Shown: positions 50,892 through 61,224, counted from the first letter of the whole stretch. The stretch: DNA of 63,059 nucleotides, filler included, from 10 parts of 10 records of this genome joined end to end with filler, not necessarily neighbours in it, one strand, 5' to 3'. The notes: a model not told the origin generated them from the sequence alone. Made by a program: numbers and translations.

Positions 50892-52020
50892 AGGTGTCTT
50901 CGGTTTCTCCGCTCCGGTGTGAAACCACGGCGGTGAATCCGGCCTTATGGGCCATGTTTATGGCTTCCAGGGTTTCGGTCACTGTTCCGATCTGATTGAG
51001 TTTAATCAGAATTGAATTTCCCGCGCCTTCCTTTATGCCTCGCGCGAGTCTTTCGGTATTGGTCACAAAGAGATCGTCTCCCACGATCTGCAACCTGTCG
51101 CCCAAAGCAGTGGTCTGGGCCTGCCAACCGCTCCAGTCGTCTTCATCCAGTCCGTCTTCAAGGCTGACCAGGGGATACTTTTTGACCCATTCGGCGTAAT
51201 ATTCGGTCATTTCCTCGGAAGTGCGTTCCGAGCCGTCCGATTTGTGAAAAACGTATTTCTTTTTCGTTTTATTATAAAACTCACTGGCCGCGGCATCGAG
51301 GCAGAGGACGATATCCTTGCCGGGTTTATAGCCGGCCTGTTTGACGGCTTTCAGAATAACTTCAATGGCCTCGTCATTGGATTTAAGATCCGGAGCAAAA
51401 CCGCCTTCGTCGCCGACCGCCGTGGTGAGCTTCATGGAAGAAAGCACCTTCTTGAGGGAATGGAAAACTTCGGCGCCGGCCCGCAAGGCTTCGGCAAAAG
51501 TATCGCCGGCCAGGGGCATAATCATAAATTCCTGTATGTCGACGTTATTATTGGCATGACTGCCGCCATTGATGATGTTCATCATAGGTCGAGGGAGCTG
51601 GCAGGCCGCTGCGCCCCCCAGGTAGCGGTACAGGGGGAGTTCCGATGCTTCGGCGGCAGCCCTGGCCACGGCCATGGAAACTCCTAAAAGGGAGTTTGCG
51701 CCGAGCTTTTTCTTATTTTTCGTTCCGTCCAGTTCGAGCATGGTCCGGTCGATACTGACCTGGTTAAGACCATTCATGCCGATAAGAGCCGGAGCAATAA
51801 CTTCGTCGACATTTTTGACCGCCGTAAGCACGCCTTTGCCGCCATAGCGTTTGGCATCCTTGTCTCTCATTTCCAAGGCTTCATGTTTGCCTGTTGAAGC
51901 TCCGGAAGGCACGGCGGCCCGTCCGAGAAATGCATCTTCCAGCCACACGTCAACCTCAATCGTTGGATTGCCGCGTGAATCAAGAATTTCCCTGGCTTTG
52001 ACATCGGTGATCAATAACAT
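50892..52020 (-). CDS. eno: Enolase (3' truncated)
   Basis: [28 protein letters not shown] and SHRSGETED. Confidence 0.98.
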
Positions 52021-52279
52021 ATCGGCCTCCTAACATTTTTACTGTTAAAGGTAATCATTCAAATTCTCATTCTTTTTTACATTTATAACAGACATTGTCC
52101 GGATGACAACCTAAAACGCCGTTCACATGATAAATAATTATATTTTTGACATAATTGACGGATTAAGCCGTTAATTGGCGTCTGTCCATAAATGTCTTTT
52201 TCCCACGATATGGACAACCGCTTAATGCTACGAAATAGGGGAAAAATACCCGGCCATAAATGGGCTCTTAATATTTTTT

Positions 52280-52954
52280 TCAAGCGTCGTAGTTTAGAAA
52301 GACGGCATGAACGACTTCGGGGCCGTGCACTCCCTTGACGAGTTGAAGTTCTATATCGGCTGTTCGACTGGGTCCTGTAATCATGACCGTGGCCCAGGAT
52401 TGTTCCTGAGCGCTGAAATGATCGAGTGCGCGGCCGACCCCATGGACAAGTTTATCCACAGGTATAACCGCAATGTGTATGGGCGGAAGAAGCGACGCAC
52501 TCAATTCGCCGGGTTCCACGGCGGAGACGATTATTGTCCCGCTATAGGCCAGGGCCATGCGCCCGGCCGTGATTCCAATTCTTGCGTCGGCGGCCGAATC
52601 CGGCTCGGGTGTACAGACATCCAAACCGGCGTTGGAAACCGTCTCTCGGATTCCGGGTGCAATTTGGTCGAGAAGGCCCGGCGTCAAGGCCGCCTTTTCC
52701 CCCTGGTAGGGTGCAAGAATGTTATGCAATAAGGTATGAAATTCTTCAGGCGAGGAAGCAATGTCAGCTATACCGCCTACAGATTCGAAACGGCTTAAAA
52801 ATTCTTTTAATAATATATCTTTATCATTTTCATCCACTTCAGACTGGTCGCCATTTCCGGCTTTTATCGCGTCGTGGTCCACGGGTTCGTACAAAGGCTT
52901 GATATTGACCGCCTTTTTTACCCGGTTAAGAATCCGTTCTCTGGCATCACTCAT
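52280..52954 (-). CDS. lutC: Lactate utilization protein C (LUD domain)
   Basis: SLLPPIHIA and ITGPSRTADIE..LVKGVHGP. Confidence 0.9.
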   Translation of the reverse strand: MSDARERILNRVKKAVNIKPLYEPVDHDAIKAGNGDQSEVDENDKDILLKEFLSRFESVGGIADIASSPEEFHTLLHNILAPYQGEKAALTPGLLDQIAPGIRETVSNAGLDVCTPEPDSAADARIGITAGRMALAYSGTIIVSAVEPGELSASLLPPIHIAVIPVDKLVHGVGRALDHFSAQEQSWATVMITGPSRTADIELQLVKGVHGPEVVHAVFLNYDA

Positions 52955-54356
52955 TTTCGTCTCCCCTGAAAAGCGAACGGTGAAAAGGTTCTTCGGCCGG
53001 TCGAGGCAGCCGGCGGCCTTGTCCCAGGTTTTTCAGGCGCTCCGGACCGTGACGGACGCCGCCCTTGGGATCGATCATTGAGCGGGCGGCCCGTTCCATG
53101 GTCCTGCCGATCATATCATAGCCCAGTGGCGCCGCAACTGTCTGGCCGATGAAATTCATGCTTTGACTCAAAAAGGCCTTTTCCTCGGAAGACCGGCGCC
53201 TTAATTCGAGAATCAGGCCGGGCAGATCAATCATCACCGGGCAGGCGTCTCCGCACGCCCTGCACAAAGTGGACGCCTTGGCAATATTATGGGCAGCCTC
53301 CGGCCCCTTGGCCGCGCCGGTGAGTACCGTTCCAACTGGCCCGGAATAGACCCATGGGTAGCTGTGCCCGCCCAAACGGCGGTAAACCGGGCATGAATTG
53401 ATGCAGGCGCCGCACCTGAGACAACGCAGGATTTGACGAAAAAGCGGGTCGGCCAGAACGCGACTCCGAAAGCCGTCAAATATTACAAGATGAAATTCTT
53501 CGGGGCCTTCTCCTTTATTCCGGCCGGCTCCATTGATAATAGATACATAACCGGGCAGGCGCTGCCCAACGGCTGACAGGGGAAGGATTCGCAACAGGAC
53601 GGAAAGATCATTCATATCGGCGACTACTTTTTCCAGCCCCATAACCGCCACATGTATGCGGGGCAATGTCGTGGACATCCTGATATTGCCTTCATTTTCA
53701 AGGAGCACTATTGAGCCGGTTTCGGCTACGGCAAAATTGACGCCGGTGACGCCCATATCCGCTTCAAGAAATTTGGATCTCAATTCCCGGCGAACGGCCC
53801 GGGTCATTTCCTCGGGAACATCCGTGTATGGAAGTCCCAGTTTTTCCTCGCACAGCCGGCCCACTTCCTCCTTGGTCCTGTGTATGGCCGGTGCAATAAT
53901 ATGAGAGGGTCTTTCACCTAACATCTGGATGATATACTCGCCAAGGTCCGTCTCGAACACGTCCAGGCCTTCATTTTCAAGGGCCGGGTTGAGGTCGATT
54001 TCCTCGGAGGTCATGGATTTACCCTTGACGATGCTGGAGCAGCCTTTTGAATGGGCCAGGTCCAGTATATAGTCGATTACTTCCCGGCCGTCCGAAGCCC
54101 AGTGCACATATCCGCCGCCGGCTTTTACGGAATTTTCAAGGGTAGCGAGATAATATTCCAGGTTATTGAGAGTTTTATCCTTGGCGGCCCGGGCCATGAG
54201 TCTCAAGGATTCGAAATCGCCCAATTCTTTCAGGGCGTTATCTCGCAACGTCTTGAAGCCGGAAGTCGCCCTGAGCAAAGCTGTCTGAAGGGTTTTATTT
54301 TCCAGGGCGCAATTTATTATTCCTTGAAATTCCCGGTCTTGTTTGGACATTATCAT
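52947..54356 (-). CDS. lutB: Lactate utilization Fe-S protein B
   Basis: KSMTSEEI, ETDLGEYI, PSHIIAPAIH, CLRCGACINSCP and CRACGDACP. Confidence 0.93.
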   Translation of the reverse strand: MIMSKQDREFQGIINCALENKTLQTALLRATSGFKTLRDNALKELGDFESLRLMARAAKDKTLNNLEYYLATLENSVKAGGGYVHWASDGREVIDYILDLAHSKGCSSIVKGKSMTSEEIDLNPALENEGLDVFETDLGEYIIQMLGERPSHIIAPAIHRTKEEVGRLCEEKLGLPYTDVPEEMTRAVRRELRSKFLEADMGVTGVNFAVAETGSIVLLENEGNIRMSTTLPRIHVAVMGLEKVVADMNDLSVLLRILPLSAVGQRLPGYVSIINGAGRNKGEGPEEFHLVIFDGFRSRVLADPLFRQILRCLRCGACINSCPVYRRLGGHSYPWVYSGPVGTVLTGAAKGPEAAHNIAKASTLCRACGDACPVMIDLPGLILELRRRSSEEKAFLSQSMNFIGQTVAAPLGYDMIGRTMERAARSMIDPKGGVRHGPERLKNLGQGRRLPRPAEEPFHRSLFRGDENE

Positions 54357-54357
54357 T

Positions 54358-55092
54358 TTATTCACCCGCCAGGATTTCGACAATATGAACCGCTTTCATG
54401 GGAACATTGCGATCTTTAAGGGCGCTGTCCACGTTAAGCAGGCAGCCGGGTTCGGTCATGACCAGATAGTCGGCTCCTGTCGCCAGGGCCTGATCGACTT
54501 TTTCACCGGCCATGGAATTGGACAGGGGAGCATATTCGGCCATGAACGCGCCGCCGAATCCGCAGCAAACTTCCGGATCGTCCATTTCGACCAGTTCAAG
54601 CCCGTGTACATTATTCAAAAGAAGCCTGGGTTCATCCTTGATTCCCAATCCCCGCAAAGGGTGGCAGGAGTCGTGCAACGTGGCCTTGCCCCTGTATTGC
54701 GAGCCCAAATCCGTTTTTTCCAGCTTGTTCACCAGGTAATCCGTAAGTTCCCAGGTCCGGGCGGCCACGGCCAACGCCCTGTCCTTCCATGAATTATCGT
54801 CCTTAAACAGTTCGGGATAATGATGGGTTACGGTCATCACGCATGAGCCGGACGGGCAGACCACGACGGGCGCGGCTTCAAACACGGAAATAAAATGCCT
54901 AGCCATCTTTCTGGCGGCGTCATGATGCCCCAGGTTGTAGGCCCACTGACCGCAGCAGGTTTGATTTTCGGGGTAGCTTACTTTTAATCCGGCTTTATTC
55001 AGGACCCGAATCGAGGCCCTGCCGATGGATGGGTAAAACAAATCCGCAAGACACGGTAAAAACAGGTTCACAGCCTTGTTCATATTATTCAT
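54358..55092 (-). CDS. lutA: Lactate utilization protein A (CCG domains)
   Basis: QTCCGQ, PSGSC, HDSCH and CCGFGG. Confidence 0.92.
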   Translation of the reverse strand: MNNMNKAVNLFLPCLADLFYPSIGRASIRVLNKAGLKVSYPENQTCCGQWAYNLGHHDAARKMARHFISVFEAAPVVVCPSGSCVMTVTHHYPELFKDDNSWKDRALAVAARTWELTDYLVNKLEKTDLGSQYRGKATLHDSCHPLRGLGIKDEPRLLLNNVHGLELVEMDDPEVCCGFGGAFMAEYAPLSNSMAGEKVDQALATGADYLVMTEPGCLLNVDSALKDRNVPMKAVHIVEILAGE

Positions 55093-55330
55093 AAACCTCT
55101 TCCCGCCAAACGGCGGACGCGTAAGAGCCGGGAGCAAATATTGGATACGCGCACAACTAATTTCAAGGATTCGATAATCATCTTATTTTATGAAAGTATA
55201 GCGTCTTGCCGATAAAAAGCAATGGATGAAGTTCCGGCTTTATATTAATCCGGCTTATTTCTAATTGCCGGTATAATAAATCATTGTTAACATATTATGA
55301 GCGATTCAATTTATAACATGGAGGGTTTGA

Positions 55331-55831
55331 ATGCTTGATCAGCTTGACGAGCACAGACTAATGATAAAAAATGTGGCGACCCGCCACGGACTTGATGCGA
55401 ATCTTGTGGGTGCTCTCGTTATTACTGTTTCGGATGGGGACGCCGGAGCAGCCAGGTTTGATCCTCTATTACACAAATCAGGGGCCAGTGTACACGATCC
55501 CGAGGATGTGAAGCCTTCGACTTCTACAGTGGAAACGGAAATGGTTCATCAGGTCACCAGTTGGGGGCTCATGCAGATAATGGGTTTTGTGGCCAGAGAG
55601 CAAGGATACCGAGGCTGGTTGACTCATCTTTGCAGGCCTAAAATTGGGCTGGAACAGGGTTGCACCCATCTTTTAAAGCTTTTTAACCGCTTTGGATCAG
55701 TGGAAGAGGTTGTTTCAAATTACAACCATGGCAAGCAACGCCGTTACGTGGCCAAGCTGTACGAGAGCGAGGATTTTGTTGACGTTGTCATGTCCAGGTA
55801 CCGCCAACTGGCCGGCGAGAGGAAGTTTTAA
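55331..55831 (+). CDS. Lytic transglycosylase (SLT)-like protein with atypical active site
   Basis: HGLDANLVGALV, SWGLMQIMG and YNHG motifs. Confidence 0.72.
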   Translation: MLDQLDEHRLMIKNVATRHGLDANLVGALVITVSDGDAGAARFDPLLHKSGASVHDPEDVKPSTSTVETEMVHQVTSWGLMQIMGFVAREQGYRGWLTHLCRPKIGLEQGCTHLLKLFNRFGSVEEVVSNYNHGKQRRYVAKLYESEDFVDVVMSRYRQLAGERKF

Positions 55832-55886
55832 GGTGATTTTCCTTTCAGACTTCTAATATATTGAAATTATTATTGGCCTCACCATA

Positions 55887-55916
55887 AAAAACGGCGGGAT
55901 TAAACCCGCCGTTTTT
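55887..55916. terminator. Bidirectional intrinsic terminator
   Basis: AAAAACGGCGGG-ATTAAA-CCCGCCGTTTTT. Confidence 0.9.
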
Positions 55917-55934
55917 ATTAGTGATTATGCAAAT

Positions 55935-56648
55935 TTACTTCTGAAACTTTCTCCTGAGACCAGCAATTCCAACCAAACCGGAGCCAAGCAGCCACACGGC
56001 GCCAGGGATGGGAACCGTGTTCGGAACGACTTGTTCGACGCTGCCTATGGTAAAGTCGTCAAAACCGAAGTAGTCGGTGCTGGAGCCGGTGTTGTTAAAA
56101 GCTATACTCAAGAAAGGATCATCGGTATCAATGACGCCCCAGTAGCAGACCGAGCCGTTGGGCGCCCCAACTGTATGAGGTATTTCGTATACTGTTGAAG
56201 AACCGCCGACAGTTGTAACAGTGATCTGGCCGCTGAAATCGCCAAGGTCGATCCCGTAAAAGCCGAAAGCGGCGATGGGAGCTGAGAAGGTCACTGAAAA
56301 ATTAGCGGAGCTAGTTTCTCCCCAGTAATTGTCGCCCGATATTGGGAAGCGGCCGACGCTGTTGGGGCCTGTCTGGATGGAACCGGCTCCTGCCAACGTG
56401 GCGGTGCCGGCGGCGCCGAAATCAACTGTCAGAGGGCCGGAAGTGTCTGTGGCAAATCCTTCAAAATCTTCCGTTCCAACACCAACCAGGTTGGAAAAGA
56501 AGTTATTTCTGGCCGTGTCGGAATTTGACCAGGATGATACAGGTCCCAAATCTTCACCGAAAAATGTGGCCTGGTAGGCCTGAGCCCCGATAGCGGTAAA
56601 AACAGTCATTGTCATTGCGATTACGAAAATCAACGCGCACTTCTTCAT
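55935..56648 (-). CDS. PEP-CTERM/VPLPA-CTERM exosortase-sorted surface protein
   Basis: Signal peptide and C-terminal VPIPGAVWLLGSGLVGIAGLRRK. Confidence 0.92.
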   Translation of the reverse strand: MKKCALIFVIAMTMTVFTAIGAQAYQATFFGEDLGPVSSWSNSDTARNNFFSNLVGVGTEDFEGFATDTSGPLTVDFGAAGTATLAGAGSIQTGPNSVGRFPISGDNYWGETSSANFSVTFSAPIAAFGFYGIDLGDFSGQITVTTVGGSSTVYEIPHTVGAPNGSVCYWGVIDTDDPFLSIAFNNTGSSTDYFGFDDFTIGSVEQVVPNTVPIPGAVWLLGSGLVGIAGLRRKFQK

Positions 56649-56747
56649 CAAGTTTTCCTCTCTTTCACTTCTTCTTTTTTTAAGGAACCTTATTCAAGAT
56701 TCCGCCGGGAGCACTTTGTATTCCCGGCGGATATTAAGACCAGGTTT

Positions 56748-56847
56748 NNNNNNNNNNNNNNNNNNNNNNNNNNNNNNNNNNNNNNNNNNNNTTAATTAAT
56801 TAANNNNNNNNNNNNNNNNNNNNNNNNNNNNNNNNNNNNNNNNNNNN
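56748..56847. other. Artificial contig linker 9
   Basis: Same 100-bp linker. Confidence 0.98.
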
Positions 56848-58137
56848 GCCCTGGTGGACTGCAACAGCTTCTACGCCTCCTGCGAGAAGGTCTTCCGCCC
56901 CGACCTGAAGGACAAAGCGGTGGTGGTGCTCTCCAACAACGACGGCTGCATCGTCGCCATGAGCCCGGAGGCCAAAGGGCTGGATATCCCCCGGGGCGCG
57001 CCCCTGTTCAAGGTCCGGGAGCGGCTTGAGCGGGCGGGGGCAGAGATCTTCTCCTCCAACTACGCCCTCTACGACGACCTCTCCCGGCGCGTGATGGAGA
57101 TCCTGGAAGGCTTCACCCCCCGTCTGGAGGTCTACTCCATCGACGAGGCCTTTCTGGAACTCCAGGGGAGCCGGGAGGAGCTGCGGAAGCAGGCCGGGAC
57201 CGTAAGAGACAGGATCAGGAACTGGGTGGGCATACCCGTTTCCGTGGGGATCGCTCCCAGCAAAACCCTGGCCAAGATCGCCGGACACAGGGCCAAGAAC
57301 CTTAAGGAGAGCATCTGCATCCCCGGAGAGGAAGAGTGGCCCCGCATCCTGGAGGAGACGAAGATCCGGGATATCTGGGGCATAGGACGGCAGTACGCCC
57401 GCATGCTGGAAGGCAGGGGGATACTCAGCGCCGCCGATCTTCTGCGCAGGGAGGAGAGCTGGGTGAAGAAGGAGATGACCCTGGTGGGGCTCAAGACACT
57501 GTGGGAACTGAGGGGGCGCCCCTCCTTCTCCCTGGAGGAGAGTCCTCCCGCCAAGCAGGGCATTATGAGTTCCCGGAGCTTCTCCTTCCCCGTCACCGGG
57601 AAGCAGGACATCCTGGAAGCCGGCGCGGACTACGCCTGGAGGGCCGCCGAAAAGCTCCGGGCCCAGGGATCGGCCTGCCGGGTCATCCACTGCTCGATCA
57701 CCACCAATCCCTTCAGGGAGTCGGACAGACAGTACGCCCGGGGCTCCACCAAAGAACTCTCCTTCCCTCTGGACTACACCCCCGCCATCGTCGCCGTCGT
57801 ACGCCGCCAGCTGGAGGAGCTCTACCGGCCCGGCTTCCGCTACAAGAAGATCAGCGTCTTCCTCTCGGAGATCGAGGACGCCGGACGGGAACAGCTGGAC
57901 CTCTTCCATGTGAAAGACGAGCGGCGCAAAAAGCTTATGGAAACGGTGGACCGCATAAACAGCCGCCTGGGCCGCGCCAGCGTGCACTGCATGCCCCTCA
58001 GAAAGGAGAGCCGCTGGCCCATGAAGAGGGAGTTTCTGTCTCCCCGCTACACCACCAGCTGGAAGGAGATCCCCCGGGTCAGAGCGGGAGCCCCCCTCCG
58101 TCTGAAGGAAAAAAAGGAGACCGAAGGGCCTGTGTAA
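56848..58137 (+). CDS. umuC: Y-family DNA polymerase, UmuC type (first few codons missing)
   Basis: ALVDCNSFYASCE, LSNNDGC, YSIDEAF, QLDLF clamp-binding motif and W.MKREFLSPRYTT. Confidence 0.92.
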   Translation, partial: ALVDCNSFYASCEKVFRPDLKDKAVVVLSNNDGCIVAMSPEAKGLDIPRGAPLFKVRERLERAGAEIFSSNYALYDDLSRRVMEILEGFTPRLEVYSIDEAFLELQGSREELRKQAGTVRDRIRNWVGIPVSVGIAPSKTLAKIAGHRAKNLKESICIPGEEEWPRILEETKIRDIWGIGRQYARMLEGRGILSAADLLRREESWVKKEMTLVGLKTLWELRGRPSFSLEESPPAKQGIMSSRSFSFPVTGKQDILEAGADYAWRAAEKLRAQGSACRVIHCSITTNPFRESDRQYARGSTKELSFPLDYTPAIVAVVRRQLEELYRPGFRYKKISVFLSEIEDAGREQLDLFHVKDERRKKLMETVDRINSRLGRASVHCMPLRKESRWPMKREFLSPRYTTSWKEIPRVRAGAPLRLKEKKETEGPV

Positions 58138-58239
58138 GGGAAAATCACAATTTTTTGCTTGACATTTCAAGGAAAGGCCATCGCTTGATCACAAAAATCA
58201 CACAATTGATCTTTATATTCTGTAACATATACTAATCAA

Positions 58240-58351
58240 GGTTGTTAATTAGGTAAGCAAACCGAAGGAACAGGATTGGTTAAAAAAGATTTTTTCATTT
58301 TACTTTCTCCATTTCAGGAGCTGTTACGTTGTTTCAGCTCCTGTTTTTTTT
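58240..58351 (+). ncRNA. Candidate small regulatory RNA
   Basis: Promoter-like TTGATC-N16-TATACT (58206-58233), no ORF in the region, and a strong terminator. Confidence 0.45.
58315..58351 (+). terminator. Intrinsic terminator
   Basis: CAGGAGCTG-N11-CAGCTCCTG followed by T8. Confidence 0.88.
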
Positions 58352-58534
58352 ATAATTCCTTATTTCCATGATTTCTTTATTCCCTTGAACAAAAGAGGAG
58401 CGGACGCATCCGGCTGCGCCGGCATTGAAAGGGAAGACAGCCGGACCCCGCATGAGCGCCGCTCTGAACCGAAACAAGCGAATCCGCTATAGCGATGATC
58501 TGAAGAGAAAGGGATACAGGGGGAAGGAAAGGAT

Positions 58535-59164
58535 TCAGGCCTCAGGGTAGATGGACTTGATCTTCCCGATCAGGTAGTCGTCATGGATGGGCTTGCGCAG
58601 GACGTCGTTCATCCCCGCCTGGCGGAACTCCTCCTGAAGCTCCCCCTCCCCATGGGCCGTGATGGCCAGAATGGGAACCTCAGAATCGGTCTCCCGGATG
58701 GTCCTGGCTGCCTGAATCCCGTCTACGCCGGGCATACTGACATCCATCAGAATCAGATTGTATTCCCCCTGCCTGAAGAGATCCAGGGCCTCCCGTCCGT
58801 CGGAAGCCTCGTCGATGCGCCAGTTCTCCCGGCGGAGAAGGGTCGTCAGGTAAAGACGGCTGACCTCGTCGTCTTCGGCTACGAGGATGGACAGCGCATG
58901 GGATTTGTTTTTCTTTCGGGCCGCGGGCACCGGGGCGAGCGCTTTTTTTTCCGGTACGGAAGAATCCTCTTTGGGAATATGGGAATAGTTCAGCTGAAGG
59001 TCCCGGACCTGGTCCAGCGCCTTTTCGGCGGACATCATCATATAACGCAGGATATCTGCCTGCTCTTCGTCCAGCTCGCTGTCCTGCAACAGACTGCCCA
59101 TGCAGACGACTCCATTGAGAGATGAACGCAGATCATGAAACACCGACCCCTTGTTGCTTTTCAT
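58535..59164 (-). CDS. DHp(HisKA)-like plus receiver domain protein with no ATPase domain
   Basis: FHDLRSSLNGV...LDEEQ helix pair followed by ILVAEDD, ILMDVSMPGVDG, AITAH and KP. Confidence 0.85.
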   Translation of the reverse strand: MKSNKGSVFHDLRSSLNGVVCMGSLLQDSELDEEQADILRYMMMSAEKALDQVRDLQLNYSHIPKEDSSVPEKKALAPVPAARKKNKSHALSILVAEDDEVSRLYLTTLLRRENWRIDEASDGREALDLFRQGEYNLILMDVSMPGVDGIQAARTIRETDSEVPILAITAHGEGELQEEFRQAGMNDVLRKPIHDDYLIGKIKSIYPEA

Positions 59165-59245
59165 CCGGACCTCCCGCCCTTCATTCTCCCCCCCGCGAAT
59201 GAAAGATATTGTATCACAGAGGGAAAAGCAAAAGCAAACACAAAT

Positions 59246-60934
59246 TTATGTATAAAGGAATCTCTTGATCTTGAGAGACGGGGTTTTTTCAAACGGCTCC
59301 ACCTGTTCGATCATCTGTCCGAGACGGGAAAGGGCGCTCAGACTGTCATTGGCGGTCTGGCGGATCTTCTCCAGAAGCTCCTCCTTCCTGCGGCGGAGCT
59401 CCTCTTCGGAGCAGCTATGCTTAAACTCTTTATAAAGTTCGTCCAGACGCTCCGTGTTGAGCTGCACCCGGGCCACCAGGGTGGTACCGATTCTGGTGAC
59501 CAGAGACTCGGCCACAAGGGGATTCCGGTTCAATACGGCCTCGATCTCCTCGGGATAGATGTTCTCTCCGTTGGGTCCGAGGATCATGTTCTTCAACCGA
59601 CCCTTTATATAGAGGATATTCTGCTTGCTCAGGAATCCCAGATCTCCGGTCTTGAACCAGCCGTCCTTTGTAAAGACCTCTTTCGTCTTCTCTCCATCCT
59701 TGTAATATCCGGCCATGATCGTGGGCCCCTTGGCCTGTACCTCGCCGTGACCCGTATCAGGATTCACATCGGCGATGCGGAGGCTGACACCGGGATAGGC
59801 CTGTCCGATGGCCCGGAATACGGACTTAGAGGGCTTGTCGCCCGCCAGACAGGGAGAGGTTTCGGTCAGACCGTATCCTACGGAATAGGGAAACCTCGCA
59901 TCCCGCAGGAAGCGCTCCACATCGGGAGCCAGAGGGGCGCCGCCTACTCCGTAAAACTGAAGGCGCCCGCCGAAGAGCTTGTAAAGGGATTTCCCCACAA
60001 CGAAGCGGTTCAGAAGGAACTGGGTCGGACGAAAACCGTACAGGGCCTTGAGAACCTTCTTCCCCATCAGCTTGGGCAGGATGCTGGAGCGGTATGTCTT
60101 CTCGATCAAAAGGGGAACGGTCAGCATATGCTGGGGCTTGACGGTCGCCAGGGCGGGGAGCAGGATCCGCGCCGTGGGAGCGCCCTTTATGTAGTGGACC
60201 GAGGCTCCGCCGACCATGGGCAGAACCAGCCCCAGAGTACACTCGTAGGAGTGGGCCAGGGGCAGGACGGACAGGAAGCTGTGCCCCGGCCTGACACCGG
60301 GAATCTCGATCCCCGAATGGGCGTTGTGGCTGATGTTCTTATGGCTGAGCATAACGCCCTTGGAGTTGCCGGTCGTACCCGAGGTATAGAGGATGGCGGC
60401 TATGTCATCCTCCTCTACCATGCACAGAAGGTCTTCCCCCTGAGCCGAGGGATCAAGAAGATTCTCCTCTTCCCGGAAGCGCAGGGCGCCGCCTTCCAAG
60501 CTCTCCATGCGTCCGGTCCATATGCCGTCGCGGATCAGGGCCATCCGTCCGGACTGGAGGAGAGAGGCGGAAGCCAGCTTGGGGCTGACCTTTTCTGACG
60601 CGAAAAGAAAGACCGAATCCGAATGGTCCAGGATATTATTCATCTGGACATCGGAAAAATCCGCCATAACCGGGACCGCCGTACAGCCCATGGTGGTCAC
60701 GGCCAGATAGACCTGTCCCCATTCGGGGCGGCTTTCGCTGATCAGGGCGACCTTGTCTCCCCGCTTAATGTCCCGGCTCTTCAGAAAGCTCTGAATGCTC
60801 CGGATATTGCGGTCGGCGTCCGCATATGTGATCAGCTCCTCTCCCGCATAGCCGAGAAACGGCAGCTCTCCGTACTGCTCACGGCTTTTGGACCAGGCTT
60901 CACTCAGGGTGTAATTATCAAGTTTATAGACCAA
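59246..60934 (-). CDS. Long-chain acyl-CoA ligase (AMP-binding)
   Basis: YTSGTTGNSKG, GYGLTET and TGDLG; TTG start at 60934 after an AGGAGG SD. Confidence 0.92.
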   Translation of the reverse strand: MVYKLDNYTLSEAWSKSREQYGELPFLGYAGEELITYADADRNIRSIQSFLKSRDIKRGDKVALISESRPEWGQVYLAVTTMGCTAVPVMADFSDVQMNNILDHSDSVFLFASEKVSPKLASASLLQSGRMALIRDGIWTGRMESLEGGALRFREEENLLDPSAQGEDLLCMVEEDDIAAILYTSGTTGNSKGVMLSHKNISHNAHSGIEIPGVRPGHSFLSVLPLAHSYECTLGLVLPMVGGASVHYIKGAPTARILLPALATVKPQHMLTVPLLIEKTYRSSILPKLMGKKVLKALYGFRPTQFLLNRFVVGKSLYKLFGGRLQFYGVGGAPLAPDVERFLRDARFPYSVGYGLTETSPCLAGDKPSKSVFRAIGQAYPGVSLRIADVNPDTGHGEVQAKGPTIMAGYYKDGEKTKEVFTKDGWFKTGDLGFLSKQNILYIKGRLKNMILGPNGENIYPEEIEAVLNRNPLVAESLVTRIGTTLVARVQLNTERLDELYKEFKHSCSEEELRRRKEELLEKIRQTANDSLSALSRLGQMIEQVEPFEKTPSLKIKRFLYT

Positions 60935-61224
60935 GGATCTCCTCCTCAGAGAATCATATTTTTCAATACATGTTAAGAACATTAGTTCTTCCCCAACCAT
61001 AATGTACGCTAACCCCCTCTCGGGTCAAAGGATTTTTTCACGTTTTTCCCTTGTTCTTTTAGTGAATTCCCACTAGGCGTTCCGTTTCGGCCCAATTTAT
61101 TACTCTTTTACCCGAATATCCCGATTTCTCTACGAAGAAACAGGATGGAGGGGGAGACTCCTATTTACAGCCGTCCCGTATATCTTTATAGTTTTTCAAA
61201 ACCTTAATTTAACAGGAGAGAACC

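Noticed and set aside
9976..56847. Nine regularly recurring TTAATTAATTAA elements flanked by Ns, and apparent gene neighbourhoods across them
   Set aside because: Identical 100-bp artificial joins. They are not biological repeats, and adjacency across them (e.g. nik next to vgrG, SDR next to czcB) means nothing.
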